Shown here: positions 25,187 through 34,148 of the stretch, one piece after another
How positions within the stretch are numbered: the first letter of the stretch is position 1
How the letters are laid out: every line of letters starts with the position of its first letter
NCBI GenBank assembly: GCA_035279345.1
Contig: DATEHX010000260.1
Location: 5,606 to 69,605, forward strand
Length of the DNA stretch: 64,000 nt
Direction of reading: 5' to 3'
DNA from: Pyrinomonadaceae bacterium
GTDB lineage: Bacteria > Acidobacteriota > Blastocatellia > Pyrinomonadales > Pyrinomonadaceae
Position numbers and translations under genes: made by a program
Notes under the pieces: generated by a model
What the model was told of the DNA's origin: nothing
The model's input: the letters and a program-made list of their open reading frames with translations, nothing else
Database searches by the model: none

Positions 25187-26293
25187 ATGACAATGTTCAC
25201 GGAAGTGATGGTGGAAGTCGCCGACTGTCACACCACTCTTTATCACCTCGGAGCGACGCCGCCGCAAAATCCACCGCTGCCACTGAGCGATGCGGCAAGC
25301 TATGCCTCCCTTTACTCCAAAATCGCGGGACCTAACCCTCCGACCTACGAGGACATCACCGGGCATGAGGGCGTTATGCTCGATAAGCTGGAGCCGGTCT
25401 TCCGCAAAAACAACTATTGGCACTACTTCTTCGGTAATGGAAATCTGGCGCAGTATCCGCTTCGCGCGTGGGAATTCCTGGTTCCCATTTCGGCCACACT
25501 TAATTTGTGGGTGGACTTTGCGCTTGAAGCAAAGTTCAACATACGCGTAAGTCCGCGGCCTTACGTCCTGCTCTATCCCTTTGGTTGGTCCAACTGCCTC
25601 AGCCTTCGCTTGCAGGGCGATTTTGACTTACAGGAGCTGGCGGACTTCAACACGAGTCTCTTCGCTGAGAAGTCGTTTGCAATGGTCGTTGCCGGATCAA
25701 GTCAACCGACACCGGTATCAGTGGGAGATCTCTTTGACAAGATAAGCGATGGTGTAAGCACTGATGCTTTTGGAGGTATTTTAGCGAACGACTTTGCGCC
25801 AAAAGAACCAACCATCGTTACGACAGTTATGGCGAGCTACAAAGGCAATCTTAAACTAAATGGATTGGACCAAAATGACGAGCAGGCGTTGTTGCGCATT
25901 GTGAAGCCTCAGGGACCACCACCGTCCGGGAGGCTGGTACATCGGCTGCAGCCTAGTGAAAAAGAGAAGTACGTGATCTTGAACAACTATGGCCGGTTCA
26001 CCTGGATGCAGGATCGACTTGTTCCGGTCGACCGTAACTATCCACATCTGCGCTGTAACCACAACAACACTTTCAACTCTCTCGTGCATGCACGTCATCT
26101 CTACCAGTTACTCACTCAGGCCGTTAGCCTCGACTCGCTGCCCGCATCGCTTGGTTCTTTGGCGAAGAAAGCAAACGAAGCACTTGGCTTACCGTCTTTG
26201 TACTACAAGAGCGCCAGCTTGAGAGGTTTCCTGGATGATCCGGCAGTGGTCGCGATAAGGGAGAAGATGCAGAAGTTTTCCCCGGAGAAATGA
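25187..26293 (+). CDS. Hypothetical protein (368 aa), translationally coupled to the downstream nucleotidyltransferase
   Basis: The ORF is long with plausible codon usage. Its stop overlaps the next ATG (ATGA at 26290..26293). I recognised no motifs. Confidence 0.7.
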   Translation: MTMFTEVMVEVADCHTTLYHLGATPPQNPPLPLSDAASYASLYSKIAGPNPPTYEDITGHEGVMLDKLEPVFRKNNYWHYFFGNGNLAQYPLRAWEFLVPISATLNLWVDFALEAKFNIRVSPRPYVLLYPFGWSNCLSLRLQGDFDLQELADFNTSLFAEKSFAMVVAGSSQPTPVSVGDLFDKISDGVSTDAFGGILANDFAPKEPTIVTTVMASYKGNLKLNGLDQNDEQALLRIVKPQGPPPSGRLVHRLQPSEKEKYVILNNYGRFTWMQDRLVPVDRNYPHLRCNHNNTFNSLVHARHLYQLLTQAVSLDSLPASLGSLAKKANEALGLPSLYYKSASLRGFLDDPAVVAIREKMQKFSPEK

Positions 26294-27054
26294 TCAACCT
26301 CCCAAAATCGATAACAAAGCTCGTCGATGTACTGGCTGCCATGCCGGGCACGGTGGGCGTCGTTCTGGGTGGCTCGCGTGCGGTGCGATCCGAGGACGAG
26401 GGAAGTGACTGGGATCTTGGAGTCTATTACCGAGGCGAGATCGATCTGACAGCGCTCTCCAGGCTCGGGACCGTGTTTCCCCCGGGATCGTGGGGACGGG
26501 TGATGAACGGGGGCGCGTGGCTCGAGTGCGATGGAGAGAAGGTCGACGTTATCCTGCGCGATCTGAACGTCGTCGAGTATTGGACCACGCGCGCTGAGGA
26601 GGGCGAGTTCGAACGAGACACACTGCTTGGTTACCTCGCCGGCATTCCGACTTACACTCTGAGTGCGGAGCTCGCTTCCTGTCGCGTGCTGCGCGGACAA
26701 ATTCCCTCGCTGAGATCCTTTCCGTCCAAACTTGCGACAGCCGCTCCACCGATCTGGCGCTTCTGTAGATCCTTCAGTCTCGACTACGCGCGAGCGCACG
26801 CGCAGCGCGGAAACATCGCCGGCGCGGCGGGCCAGGTTGCCGCTGCAGTCATGGAAGAAGCACACGCTGTCATGTGTGAGCGCAGCGAGTGGGTATTCAA
26901 CGAGAAGCGGTTGATTGAGACGGCTGGCCTGGCACGTGTTCATTCGCTATTTGCGGAGATTCCCGTTGAGTCTGAACGGCTCATCGAGTGGGTAGATCGT
27001 GTCGCCGACAGGCTCGGCGTGTCGACATACGAATCGACGCCGTGGAAGAGATAA
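26290..27054 (+). CDS. Pol-beta superfamily nucleotidyltransferase (KNTase/ANT-like size and layout)
   Basis: The NTase signature is VVLGGSRAVRSEDEGSDWDLGVYY (G-G-S ... D-x-D, 26368..26415), followed by a helical C-terminal domain. Confidence 0.7.
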   Translation: MINLPKSITKLVDVLAAMPGTVGVVLGGSRAVRSEDEGSDWDLGVYYRGEIDLTALSRLGTVFPPGSWGRVMNGGAWLECDGEKVDVILRDLNVVEYWTTRAEEGEFERDTLLGYLAGIPTYTLSAELASCRVLRGQIPSLRSFPSKLATAAPPIWRFCRSFSLDYARAHAQRGNIAGAAGQVAAAVMEEAHAVMCERSEWVFNEKRLIETAGLARVHSLFAEIPVESERLIEWVDRVADRLGVSTYESTPWKR

Positions 27055-27203
27055 ACCGATCTTTCCTGAGCCGAAACGGTACAGTTATGACGCCTTTAAG
27101 AACACCTCACACACACGACCTTCTTTAATCTAAGTTTGCAACAAAAGTTGATCTCGATGGAGCCGTAATTGCTGGCTGTTAAGGCAGGAGTCTGCTTAAC
27201 GAA

Positions 27204-28727
27204 ATGCCATCAGCCACTGAGACCAGCAACGAAGATCTTCAGCGCCGCAATTCTGAAACCGCGCTCGTAAAAGTCGAAGCACCGGGCCACGAAGGAATGG
27301 ATGTCGAAAGCGAAAGACGGCTTGCGCGTAGACAAGCAACTTCCAGAAGCCTGCGAAAATGGACGATTCGCACCGGCATATTGATTTTGTTGGTGGCGAT
27401 TGTCGGCTTCTTCATCTGGCGCAACAGCAGACCGACGGCAGTCGCGACCGTGCAACCCAAACTCGCTCCGATTACGGAAACAGTCGCGAGCAGCGGAAGA
27501 GTTACCGGTACGACTGAAACACTGGTCGGCGCACAGGCCCAGGGCGTTGTCGACAAACTCTACGTTGACGAAGGCGCTCGAGTTAAGGCCGGGCAAACTC
27601 TCGCGGTGTTGAAGAACGACGTTGCCGAAGCTCAAGTGACACAGGCGCAACAGGCAGTTCAAACAGCACAGGCCCAACTGGCCCAAACCGCGCGTGGTCC
27701 ATTAGCGTCAGAACTCGAAGCCGCAACCGCGCAGGCGCGCCAGGCTGAAGCTCAGGTGACGCAACAACGTGCCGCTATCGCCGAAGCGCAAAAGAACGTC
27801 GTGCAACAACAGGCGCAACTCAAGCAAGTGCAAGCCCAACAGGAACTGGCGTCAAAAACTCTTGAACGTACGCGCACCCTCGCGGAGCAGGGAATCGTTC
27901 CGCGCGCGGAGTTGGACCAGGCGCAAACTGATCTCCGCGTGGCGCAGGAACGTGTCGCAGCACAACGACAGGCAATCGAAACTGCGCAAGCAAACGTTCG
28001 GCAAGCGCGAGCGAGTTTGCAGGCGGCACAGGCAAATGCAAAGGCACAGCAAGCGAAAGCTCAAACCGTGCAGAGTGGCGCGCGTCCCGAGGATGTTCAG
28101 GTTGCGCGCCGCCGTTTGAGTGAAGCGGAAGAGGCATTGAACGTAGCGCGGCGGCAAGCTGCAAATTCTGTCGTGACCGCGCCGTTCGCCGGTTTAGTGA
28201 CGGCGATCAACGCGGAGTTGGGCCAATCAGTCGGGGCGAATGGGGTTTTGAAGTTGGTAAGCGGGGAACTGGAGATTCATGTCGACGTTGATGAAAACAA
28301 TCTCGCGGATTTGAAACTCGGACAGTCTGCGCTCATCTCGTCGAGCACATTCGCGGGAAGCGCGTTTGAAGGCTCTGTCACGGAACTCGGCGCCGCGGTT
28401 GATGTGTCGCGCGGCACGATCGAAGTCACCGTAACACCCTCGGCGTCTCCGGATTGGCTAAGACCCGGACAGACTGTGAACGTGAATATCATCACGGCTA
28501 AGAACGTTCAGAGATTGCTCCTGCCGGCGACGGCGTTGACGCGCTCGGGCGATCAGACAGTCGTGTTTGTAGTGGCAAACGGAATTGCTTTGGAGAAACC
28601 AGTCGTCACCCGCGCAGCGACAGAGGCCGGCGTTCCAGTACTCGCGGGGTTAACGGGTAACGAGCAGGTGATTGTCGACGCGGGGAAGATCACGGCAGGC
28701 GAAAGAGTACGCGTGAACAAGGGTTAG
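27204..28727 (+). CDS. HlyD/MacA-family periplasmic adaptor (membrane fusion protein)
   Basis: It has an N-terminal TM anchor, a long Ala/Gln-rich coiled-coil hairpin and barrel-sandwich motifs (GQTLAVL, VTAPFAGLVT). It is followed by the permease and ATPase genes. Confidence 0.85.
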   Translation: MPSATETSNEDLQRRNSETALVKVEAPGHEGMDVESERRLARRQATSRSLRKWTIRTGILILLVAIVGFFIWRNSRPTAVATVQPKLAPITETVASSGRVTGTTETLVGAQAQGVVDKLYVDEGARVKAGQTLAVLKNDVAEAQVTQAQQAVQTAQAQLAQTARGPLASELEAATAQARQAEAQVTQQRAAIAEAQKNVVQQQAQLKQVQAQQELASKTLERTRTLAEQGIVPRAELDQAQTDLRVAQERVAAQRQAIETAQANVRQARASLQAAQANAKAQQAKAQTVQSGARPEDVQVARRRLSEAEEALNVARRQAANSVVTAPFAGLVTAINAELGQSVGANGVLKLVSGELEIHVDVDENNLADLKLGQSALISSSTFAGSAFEGSVTELGAAVDVSRGTIEVTVTPSASPDWLRPGQTVNVNIITAKNVQRLLLPATALTRSGDQTVVFVVANGIALEKPVVTRAATEAGVPVLAGLTGNEQVIVDAGKITAGERVRVNKG

Positions 28728-28730
28728 TTC

Positions 28731-29996
28731 GTGAATACGTTGCTACGAATACTTGTCCCTCGCAGGATTCGCTTTGAGGTTCAAGTCGCTGTGCGGCATT
28801 TGCTCTCAGGCGGTGGACAGACCCTGCTGACCGTGAGTGCCGTCGCCGCGGGCGTGATCATCGTCATCTTCATTACGTCACTGATCTTCGGATTGCAGGA
28901 GCGGTTGACGGAGCTTTTAACCGACGCCATTCCGCACGTAACCGTGACAGTCGAAGAAGCCGAGCCACGTCCTTTGTCGAAGGTCGCACCATCTCCCGGC
29001 GACTTGAGCTCGACGGAAATCGAGCAGCAGGCGCCGCAACTCAAATTCATCGACAACTATCCGGCAGTAACAGACACGATCCGGCGGCTTCCGAACGTTC
29101 GCGAAGTTGCGCCGGTTGTAACTGGTCAGGCGTTCATTTCTAAAGGAGCGAATCCCGTCGGCGTTGCTGTTGTCGGCGCCGATCCGGAATTGCAGGATCG
29201 GATCACGCCCGTAACTAAAGATCTCATAGCGGGAAAATTTATCGGCCTCGGCAGCGATGAGATCGTCATCGACGGCGAACTCGCGAAGGACCTCGACGTC
29301 TCGAACGGCGAGCGTGTGCGCGTTACTTCAGGCACCGGCGCGTCAGAGTCGTTCACCATCGCCGGTATCTACAGCCGCGGACAGGGAAGGGGAAGCGCCT
29401 ACGTGACGCTGCGCACCGGCCAGAGTCTGTTTGGACTGGGAACGAAAGTGAATGCCATTTACGTCAAACTGATCGACATCTATGACGCTGACGCCGCGGC
29501 CGATCGGATCATGGCGTTGGTTCCTTACGAAGCCAAATCATGGACCAGGGAGTTTCCGCAGTTTCTCTCATCGCTTCAGGTCCAGACTGCGTCGGCGTAT
29601 TTGATTTCGGGTTTTAGTTTAGTTGCGTCAGGCTTCGCGATCGCGGCGGTGCTGATCGTGTCGGTCTTACAAAAGTCAAAACAGATCGGAATCCTCAAGA
29701 GCATGGGAGCGCGGCGGCGGCAGATCCTGACCGTCTTCATTTTTGAAGGGCTCGGCGTTGCGGTTATCGGCAGTGCGGTTGGCGCGATGCTGGGCTCAGT
29801 GATCGTGATCTTGTTGAGTCTTTTCAAACAGCCGGTAACTCGTATAGGTCAAACGCCGGAACAGCTTTTTCCCGTGCGAATCATTCCTTTCTATATCGCG
29901 ATCGCGATTCTGGCCGCGATTCTTTCGACGGTGCTGGCCGCGGTTCTGCCTGCGAGGCGGGCCGCGAGAATGAACCCGGTCGACGTGATGAGGTGA
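28731..29996 (+). CDS. ABC transporter permease, FtsX/MacB/LolCE family
   Basis: The topology is four TM helices with a large periplasmic loop. The FtsX-type motif is IGILKSMGARRRQILTVFIFEGL and the C-terminus is ARRAARMNPVDVMR. The start codon is GTG. Confidence 0.85.
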   Translation: MNTLLRILVPRRIRFEVQVAVRHLLSGGGQTLLTVSAVAAGVIIVIFITSLIFGLQERLTELLTDAIPHVTVTVEEAEPRPLSKVAPSPGDLSSTEIEQQAPQLKFIDNYPAVTDTIRRLPNVREVAPVVTGQAFISKGANPVGVAVVGADPELQDRITPVTKDLIAGKFIGLGSDEIVIDGELAKDLDVSNGERVRVTSGTGASESFTIAGIYSRGQGRGSAYVTLRTGQSLFGLGTKVNAIYVKLIDIYDADAAADRIMALVPYEAKSWTREFPQFLSSLQVQTASAYLISGFSLVASGFAIAAVLIVSVLQKSKQIGILKSMGARRRQILTVFIFEGLGVAVIGSAVGAMLGSVIVILLSLFKQPVTRIGQTPEQLFPVRIIPFYIAIAILAAILSTVLAAVLPARRAARMNPVDVMR

Positions 29997-30000
29997 TCCA

Positions 30001-30771
30001 TTGGCGACCATCGAACGATCATTGGATGAACCTATTCGAGCACCGCGCGAACAACCGCGGGTCGTAGTGGAAACACGCGGACTGCGTAAGACCTACTTTG
30101 GAAAGGTAGACGTGCCGGTGTTATTTGGCATCGACATCAAGATACGCGCGGAAGAGTTTGTCGCAGTGATCGGTCAGTCGGGAAGCGGCAAGTCAACTCT
30201 GCTGAACATACTCGGCGCGCTCGATACGCCGACGGAAGGCACAGTGCTGATCAATGGAGTCGATATCTCGACACTGGAAGACAACGAGATGGCCCAACTC
30301 AGAAACGATGAGATCGGATTCATCTTTCAGTTTCATTACCTGCTCGAGGAGTTCACTTGTCTCGAAAACGCGCTCATGCCGCTCACGATCCGCGACGGCG
30401 AAGTAAGTGACTCCGACACGCAGCACGTGATCGGGCTGCTGGAAAGAGTGGGTTTGGGAACGCAGTTGTCGAAACGCCCTGACGAAATGAGTGGTGGTCA
30501 AAACCAGCGTTGTGCGATCGTACGGGCATTAGCTAATCGACCGAAGATCGTGCTGGCCGACGAACCCACCGGCAATCTCGACAGTCGTTCCGGCGAAGAG
30601 GTCTTCGCCCTGATGCGCGAAATGAATCGCGAGAGCGGCGTGGCCTTCATCATGATCACGCACGACGACCGACTCGCTCAGGCCGCCGACCGCATTCTGC
30701 TGATCGAAGACGGCCTGACTCACGAGATCAGTAAAGACGACCACCGCAAGCGAGTCGCTCGTCTGGCGTGA
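30001..30771 (+). CDS. ABC transporter ATP-binding protein (MacB/LolD-type)
   Basis: The motifs are Walker A GQSGSGKST, signature SGGQNQR, Walker B IVLADEPTGNLD and H-loop ITHD. Confidence 0.9.
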   Translation: MATIERSLDEPIRAPREQPRVVVETRGLRKTYFGKVDVPVLFGIDIKIRAEEFVAVIGQSGSGKSTLLNILGALDTPTEGTVLINGVDISTLEDNEMAQLRNDEIGFIFQFHYLLEEFTCLENALMPLTIRDGEVSDSDTQHVIGLLERVGLGTQLSKRPDEMSGGQNQRCAIVRALANRPKIVLADEPTGNLDSRSGEEVFALMREMNRESGVAFIMITHDDRLAQAADRILLIEDGLTHEISKDDHRKRVARLA

Positions 30772-30979
30772 AGGCCCGTTTTACCCACGATGGCGAGAAT
30801 GCCACCCAACCGGATTGTAGTTGCAGCTTTCATGTTTATGTCTCCTTAAACGGGCGGTAAGTGAGTCATGAAAGGGTGAGTGAATCTTAGACCTTGATTT
30901 GATTTAGTCTGTTCAAAAATCGGCGAGATTTATTCAAAAACCGAGATTGCTACTGTAGTCTGACTCCTGAGTAAAAGAG

Positions 30980-31681
30980 ATGCCATTGTTAGAAGTGATC
31001 GCTTGTTCGGTTGCAGACGCAATCGAAGCTGAGAAAGGTGGTGCCGGCCGGCTTGAGATCGTTAGAGATCTGAAGCGTGGCGGGTTAACGCCGCCGTTCG
31101 AGTTGGTCGAGGAGATCAAACGGGCGGTTGATCTCCCGGTGCGAGTAATGCTCCGCGAGAGTGATGGCTTTGAAACGAGTGGCGAAGCGGAGATCGAACG
31201 ACTTTGTGTGGCTGCTAAACGTTTTGCCTCCCTTGGGGTCGACGGATATGTGCTCGGCTTTCTGAAGAATGGCGAAGTTGATATTGAACTGACACAACGA
31301 GTGCTTGCTTGCGCGCCGCAAACGCGAACGACTTTTCACCATGCATTTGAAGAAGCGAGAGATCAGTTACGTGCATTGAGTGCGATCAAGCGGTTGCCGC
31401 AGGTTGATCGAGTTCTTAGTCATGGAGGAACAGACGACCTGGCGTCGCGAGTGCGACGGCTCGGCGAATATGAAAAGGTAGCGGCGCCGGAGTTGATAAT
31501 ACTTGCCGGCGGCGGTATCGATGCTGGCGCGATTTCAAAGATCGCGAGCGCGACGAGCATTCGCGAATTTCATGTCGGTCGTGCGGCTCGCGCTCAGTTT
31601 GATGTTGAAGGCGCCGTGCAAGCTTCGCTGGTGCATGGTTTAGTCAAGAAGATGCCCGCCTGGTCCAGGAAATTTTGTTGA
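30980..31681 (+). CDS. cutC: Copper homeostasis protein CutC family
   Basis: The N-terminus LLEVIACSVADAIEAEKGGAGRLEIVRDLKRGGLTPP matches the CutC signature (lEvC..s...a..a...GAdRiEL...l..GGlTPs). The length of about 233 aa also fits. Confidence 0.75.
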   Translation: MPLLEVIACSVADAIEAEKGGAGRLEIVRDLKRGGLTPPFELVEEIKRAVDLPVRVMLRESDGFETSGEAEIERLCVAAKRFASLGVDGYVLGFLKNGEVDIELTQRVLACAPQTRTTFHHAFEEARDQLRALSAIKRLPQVDRVLSHGGTDDLASRVRRLGEYEKVAAPELIILAGGGIDAGAISKIASATSIREFHVGRAARAQFDVEGAVQASLVHGLVKKMPAWSRKFC

Positions 31682-31813
31682 TTTCGTAATTCGTTTCGAC
31701 TAGAGTGTCCCGCGCTAACTCTCAAACGATTTTGTGACCATCGTTGACCTGCGGTGGGCACATCTGAAGTAAACACCCTCGACTCCATCTTCACTAACTC
31801 AGGAGGTTCACGA

Positions 31814-34090
31814 ATGAAACGCCAATCATCTCACCATGAGCGCAGTGTTGTTCGAAACAGCGCTCTCATTGCCGTCACATTGATTATCCTGTGCGCTTGC
31901 TCGTCAAGCGTGCTCGCGCAGTGGACGCAGCCCGATGCCAGCGGCAACATCAACAACACAAATACGGCTAATGTAGGCATAGGAACGACGACTCCCGGAT
32001 TCCGCCTTGACGTACAAAATGGCCTAATCAATTCGGCCGGCGGATTGTGTATAGCGGGCGAGTGCAAGACCGCATGGTCACAAATAGGAGGTTCTCAGTG
32101 GACCACCTCAGGTTTATCCATCTTTTATCCGTCGGGCAATGTCGGCATCGGGACGAGTGGCGCCCCCACGCGAAAACTCGAAGTGTTAGGCGGGAACATC
32201 TTTCACCGGTGGAGCACGACTCCTGGTATGGAGTTTGGCTTTTACACAGCACCCCACACCAATCATTTTACTTCCAATCTTTATTTCGACGGTGGGTGGA
32301 AAATGATCGGGACCGGCAAGGGTTCCTTGATCAGCCTGGGACCACAATTCGGTGAGGCGTTTGCTATTTGGGCCGATAACACTTCGCGCACTGCCAATGC
32401 CGCTTCCACAATCACCCAGTTAGTCTCAGTAACACTCGGCGGCCAAATGGGTCTCGGCACGGGCGCGCCGGGCTACAAGTTCGACGTGCAGGGCGGTCAG
32501 ATCAATTCGTCTGGCGGTTTGTGTATCGCCGGCGACTGCAAAACTGCCTGGAGCCAGGTGAGTTCACAGTGGACCACGAGCGGCACAACGATCAACTACA
32601 GTACGGGCAATGTGGGTATTGGAGTGGCTTCGCCGGCTTTCAAGCTTGACGTGCAGGGTGGTTCGATCAATTCGTCTGGTGGTTTGTGTATTGCCGGTGA
32701 TTGCAAAACTGCCTGGAGCCAGGTGGGCGGTTTACAGTGGACCACAAACGGCAACGATATCAACAATACCAATTCTGGTAACCTCGGTGTCGGGACGACC
32801 GCTCCCGCCGCCAAGTTGCACGTCAATGGCGGAATCTATTCCGCGAGCGTAATCGAAAGTGCGAACACAAATGGGTTTCGACTGGTGGTAACTGGCCCAG
32901 GTGATTGGCGTTCATCGTGGACGTATGACGGCGGCGCCACCACCACGCGGCTTACCAGCGCGACAAACGTAAAGACGTCGTTCGGATCGAATGGAATCAA
33001 TGATCGAATGTTCCTGGATCTCTCTGGCAACGTCGGTATTAACACGACGTTACCCGGCAGCAAGCTGCATGTCGTCGGCGCGATGCAGGCCCCGGCGGTT
33101 TCCGGCACCGGCACGAATGGCATGTTCCGTTTGGGCGCGTTGCCGACTACTAACCTCGTTCTCGACATGGGAGTGGACGCCACTACCAATGTGTACACAT
33201 GGTTACAGAGTAGAAACCAGACGAACTACGCCACGAATTATTCCCTCGCGCTCAACCCGAATGGTGGCAGCGTCGGCGTAGGCACGGTCAATCCCGGCTA
33301 CAAGCTTGACGTGCAGGGTGGTTCGATTAATTCGTCTGGGGGGTTGTGTATTGCCGGCGATTGCAAGTCTGCCTGGAACCAGGTGGGTTCACAGTGGACC
33401 ACGAGCGGCTCAACTATCAACTATAGTTCAGGCAATGTGGGCATTGGCGTGGCTTCGCCGACGTCGAAGTTGCACGTCGCTGGCACGGTGGAGGCAACCG
33501 GGTTGAGCGTGAATGGGACGCCGGTAGTAAGCAGTCAGTGGAGCACAAGCGGAACAACAGTCAACTATGCGACCGGTAACGTCGGCATCGCCACGGCAAA
33601 TCCGACTGAGAAGTTGCACGTTACCGGAAATGTGAAAGTGTCGGGAAATATCGACATCGGCGGCAACATCAACGCGAAGTATCAGGATATGGCCGAGTGG
33701 GTTGATTCACCACAGGCACTTACACCCGCAACAGTAGTCGTCCTCGATTCAACTAAATCAAACCAGGTGATTGCTTCCACGCGCTCGTACGACAGTCGCG
33801 TAGCTGGTGTCATTTCGCTGAAACCCGGTGTGGCGCTCGGTGAAGCTGGTGAAGGCCGCGTGCTGGTGGCGACCACGGGCCGCGTGAAAGTAAGGGTCGA
33901 CGCCGCAAATGGTCCGATCAACATCGGCGATCTGCTGGTGACAAGCAACAAAGAAGGTGTGGCGATGAAGTCTATGCCGGTGGAGATCGGCGGTGTGAGT
34001 ATTCATCGGCCGGGTACGTTGATCGGCAAAGCACTGGAGCCGTTAGCGCAGGGCACGGGTGAGATTCTGGTGTTATTGAGTCTGCAATAG
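31814..34090 (+). CDS. Secreted repetitive protein with tail-fibre-like GNVGIGT repeats and four Cys-loop modules
   Basis: SD AGGAGG sits 7 nt upstream of ATG 31814, and a signal peptide (ALIAVTLIILCACSSSVLA) is present. The repeated module is GNVGIGT..P..KL.V.GG.INSSGGLCIAGDCKTAWSQV.SQWTTSG..I.Y. The C-terminal beta domain runs YQDMAEWVDS...GDLLVTSNKEGVAMKS...IGKALEPL. Confidence 0.8.
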   Translation: MKRQSSHHERSVVRNSALIAVTLIILCACSSSVLAQWTQPDASGNINNTNTANVGIGTTTPGFRLDVQNGLINSAGGLCIAGECKTAWSQIGGSQWTTSGLSIFYPSGNVGIGTSGAPTRKLEVLGGNIFHRWSTTPGMEFGFYTAPHTNHFTSNLYFDGGWKMIGTGKGSLISLGPQFGEAFAIWADNTSRTANAASTITQLVSVTLGGQMGLGTGAPGYKFDVQGGQINSSGGLCIAGDCKTAWSQVSSQWTTSGTTINYSTGNVGIGVASPAFKLDVQGGSINSSGGLCIAGDCKTAWSQVGGLQWTTNGNDINNTNSGNLGVGTTAPAAKLHVNGGIYSASVIESANTNGFRLVVTGPGDWRSSWTYDGGATTTRLTSATNVKTSFGSNGINDRMFLDLSGNVGINTTLPGSKLHVVGAMQAPAVSGTGTNGMFRLGALPTTNLVLDMGVDATTNVYTWLQSRNQTNYATNYSLALNPNGGSVGVGTVNPGYKLDVQGGSINSSGGLCIAGDCKSAWNQVGSQWTTSGSTINYSSGNVGIGVASPTSKLHVAGTVEATGLSVNGTPVVSSQWSTSGTTVNYATGNVGIATANPTEKLHVTGNVKVSGNIDIGGNINAKYQDMAEWVDSPQALTPATVVVLDSTKSNQVIASTRSYDSRVAGVISLKPGVALGEAGEGRVLVATTGRVKVRVDAANGPINIGDLLVTSNKEGVAMKSMPVEIGGVSIHRPGTLIGKALEPLAQGTGEILVLLSLQ

Positions 34091-34148
34091 GAGGTCTCGA
34101 CGAGAAGTTTATTCGTCATACCGGGAAAATCAATATAATGCGTACCCG

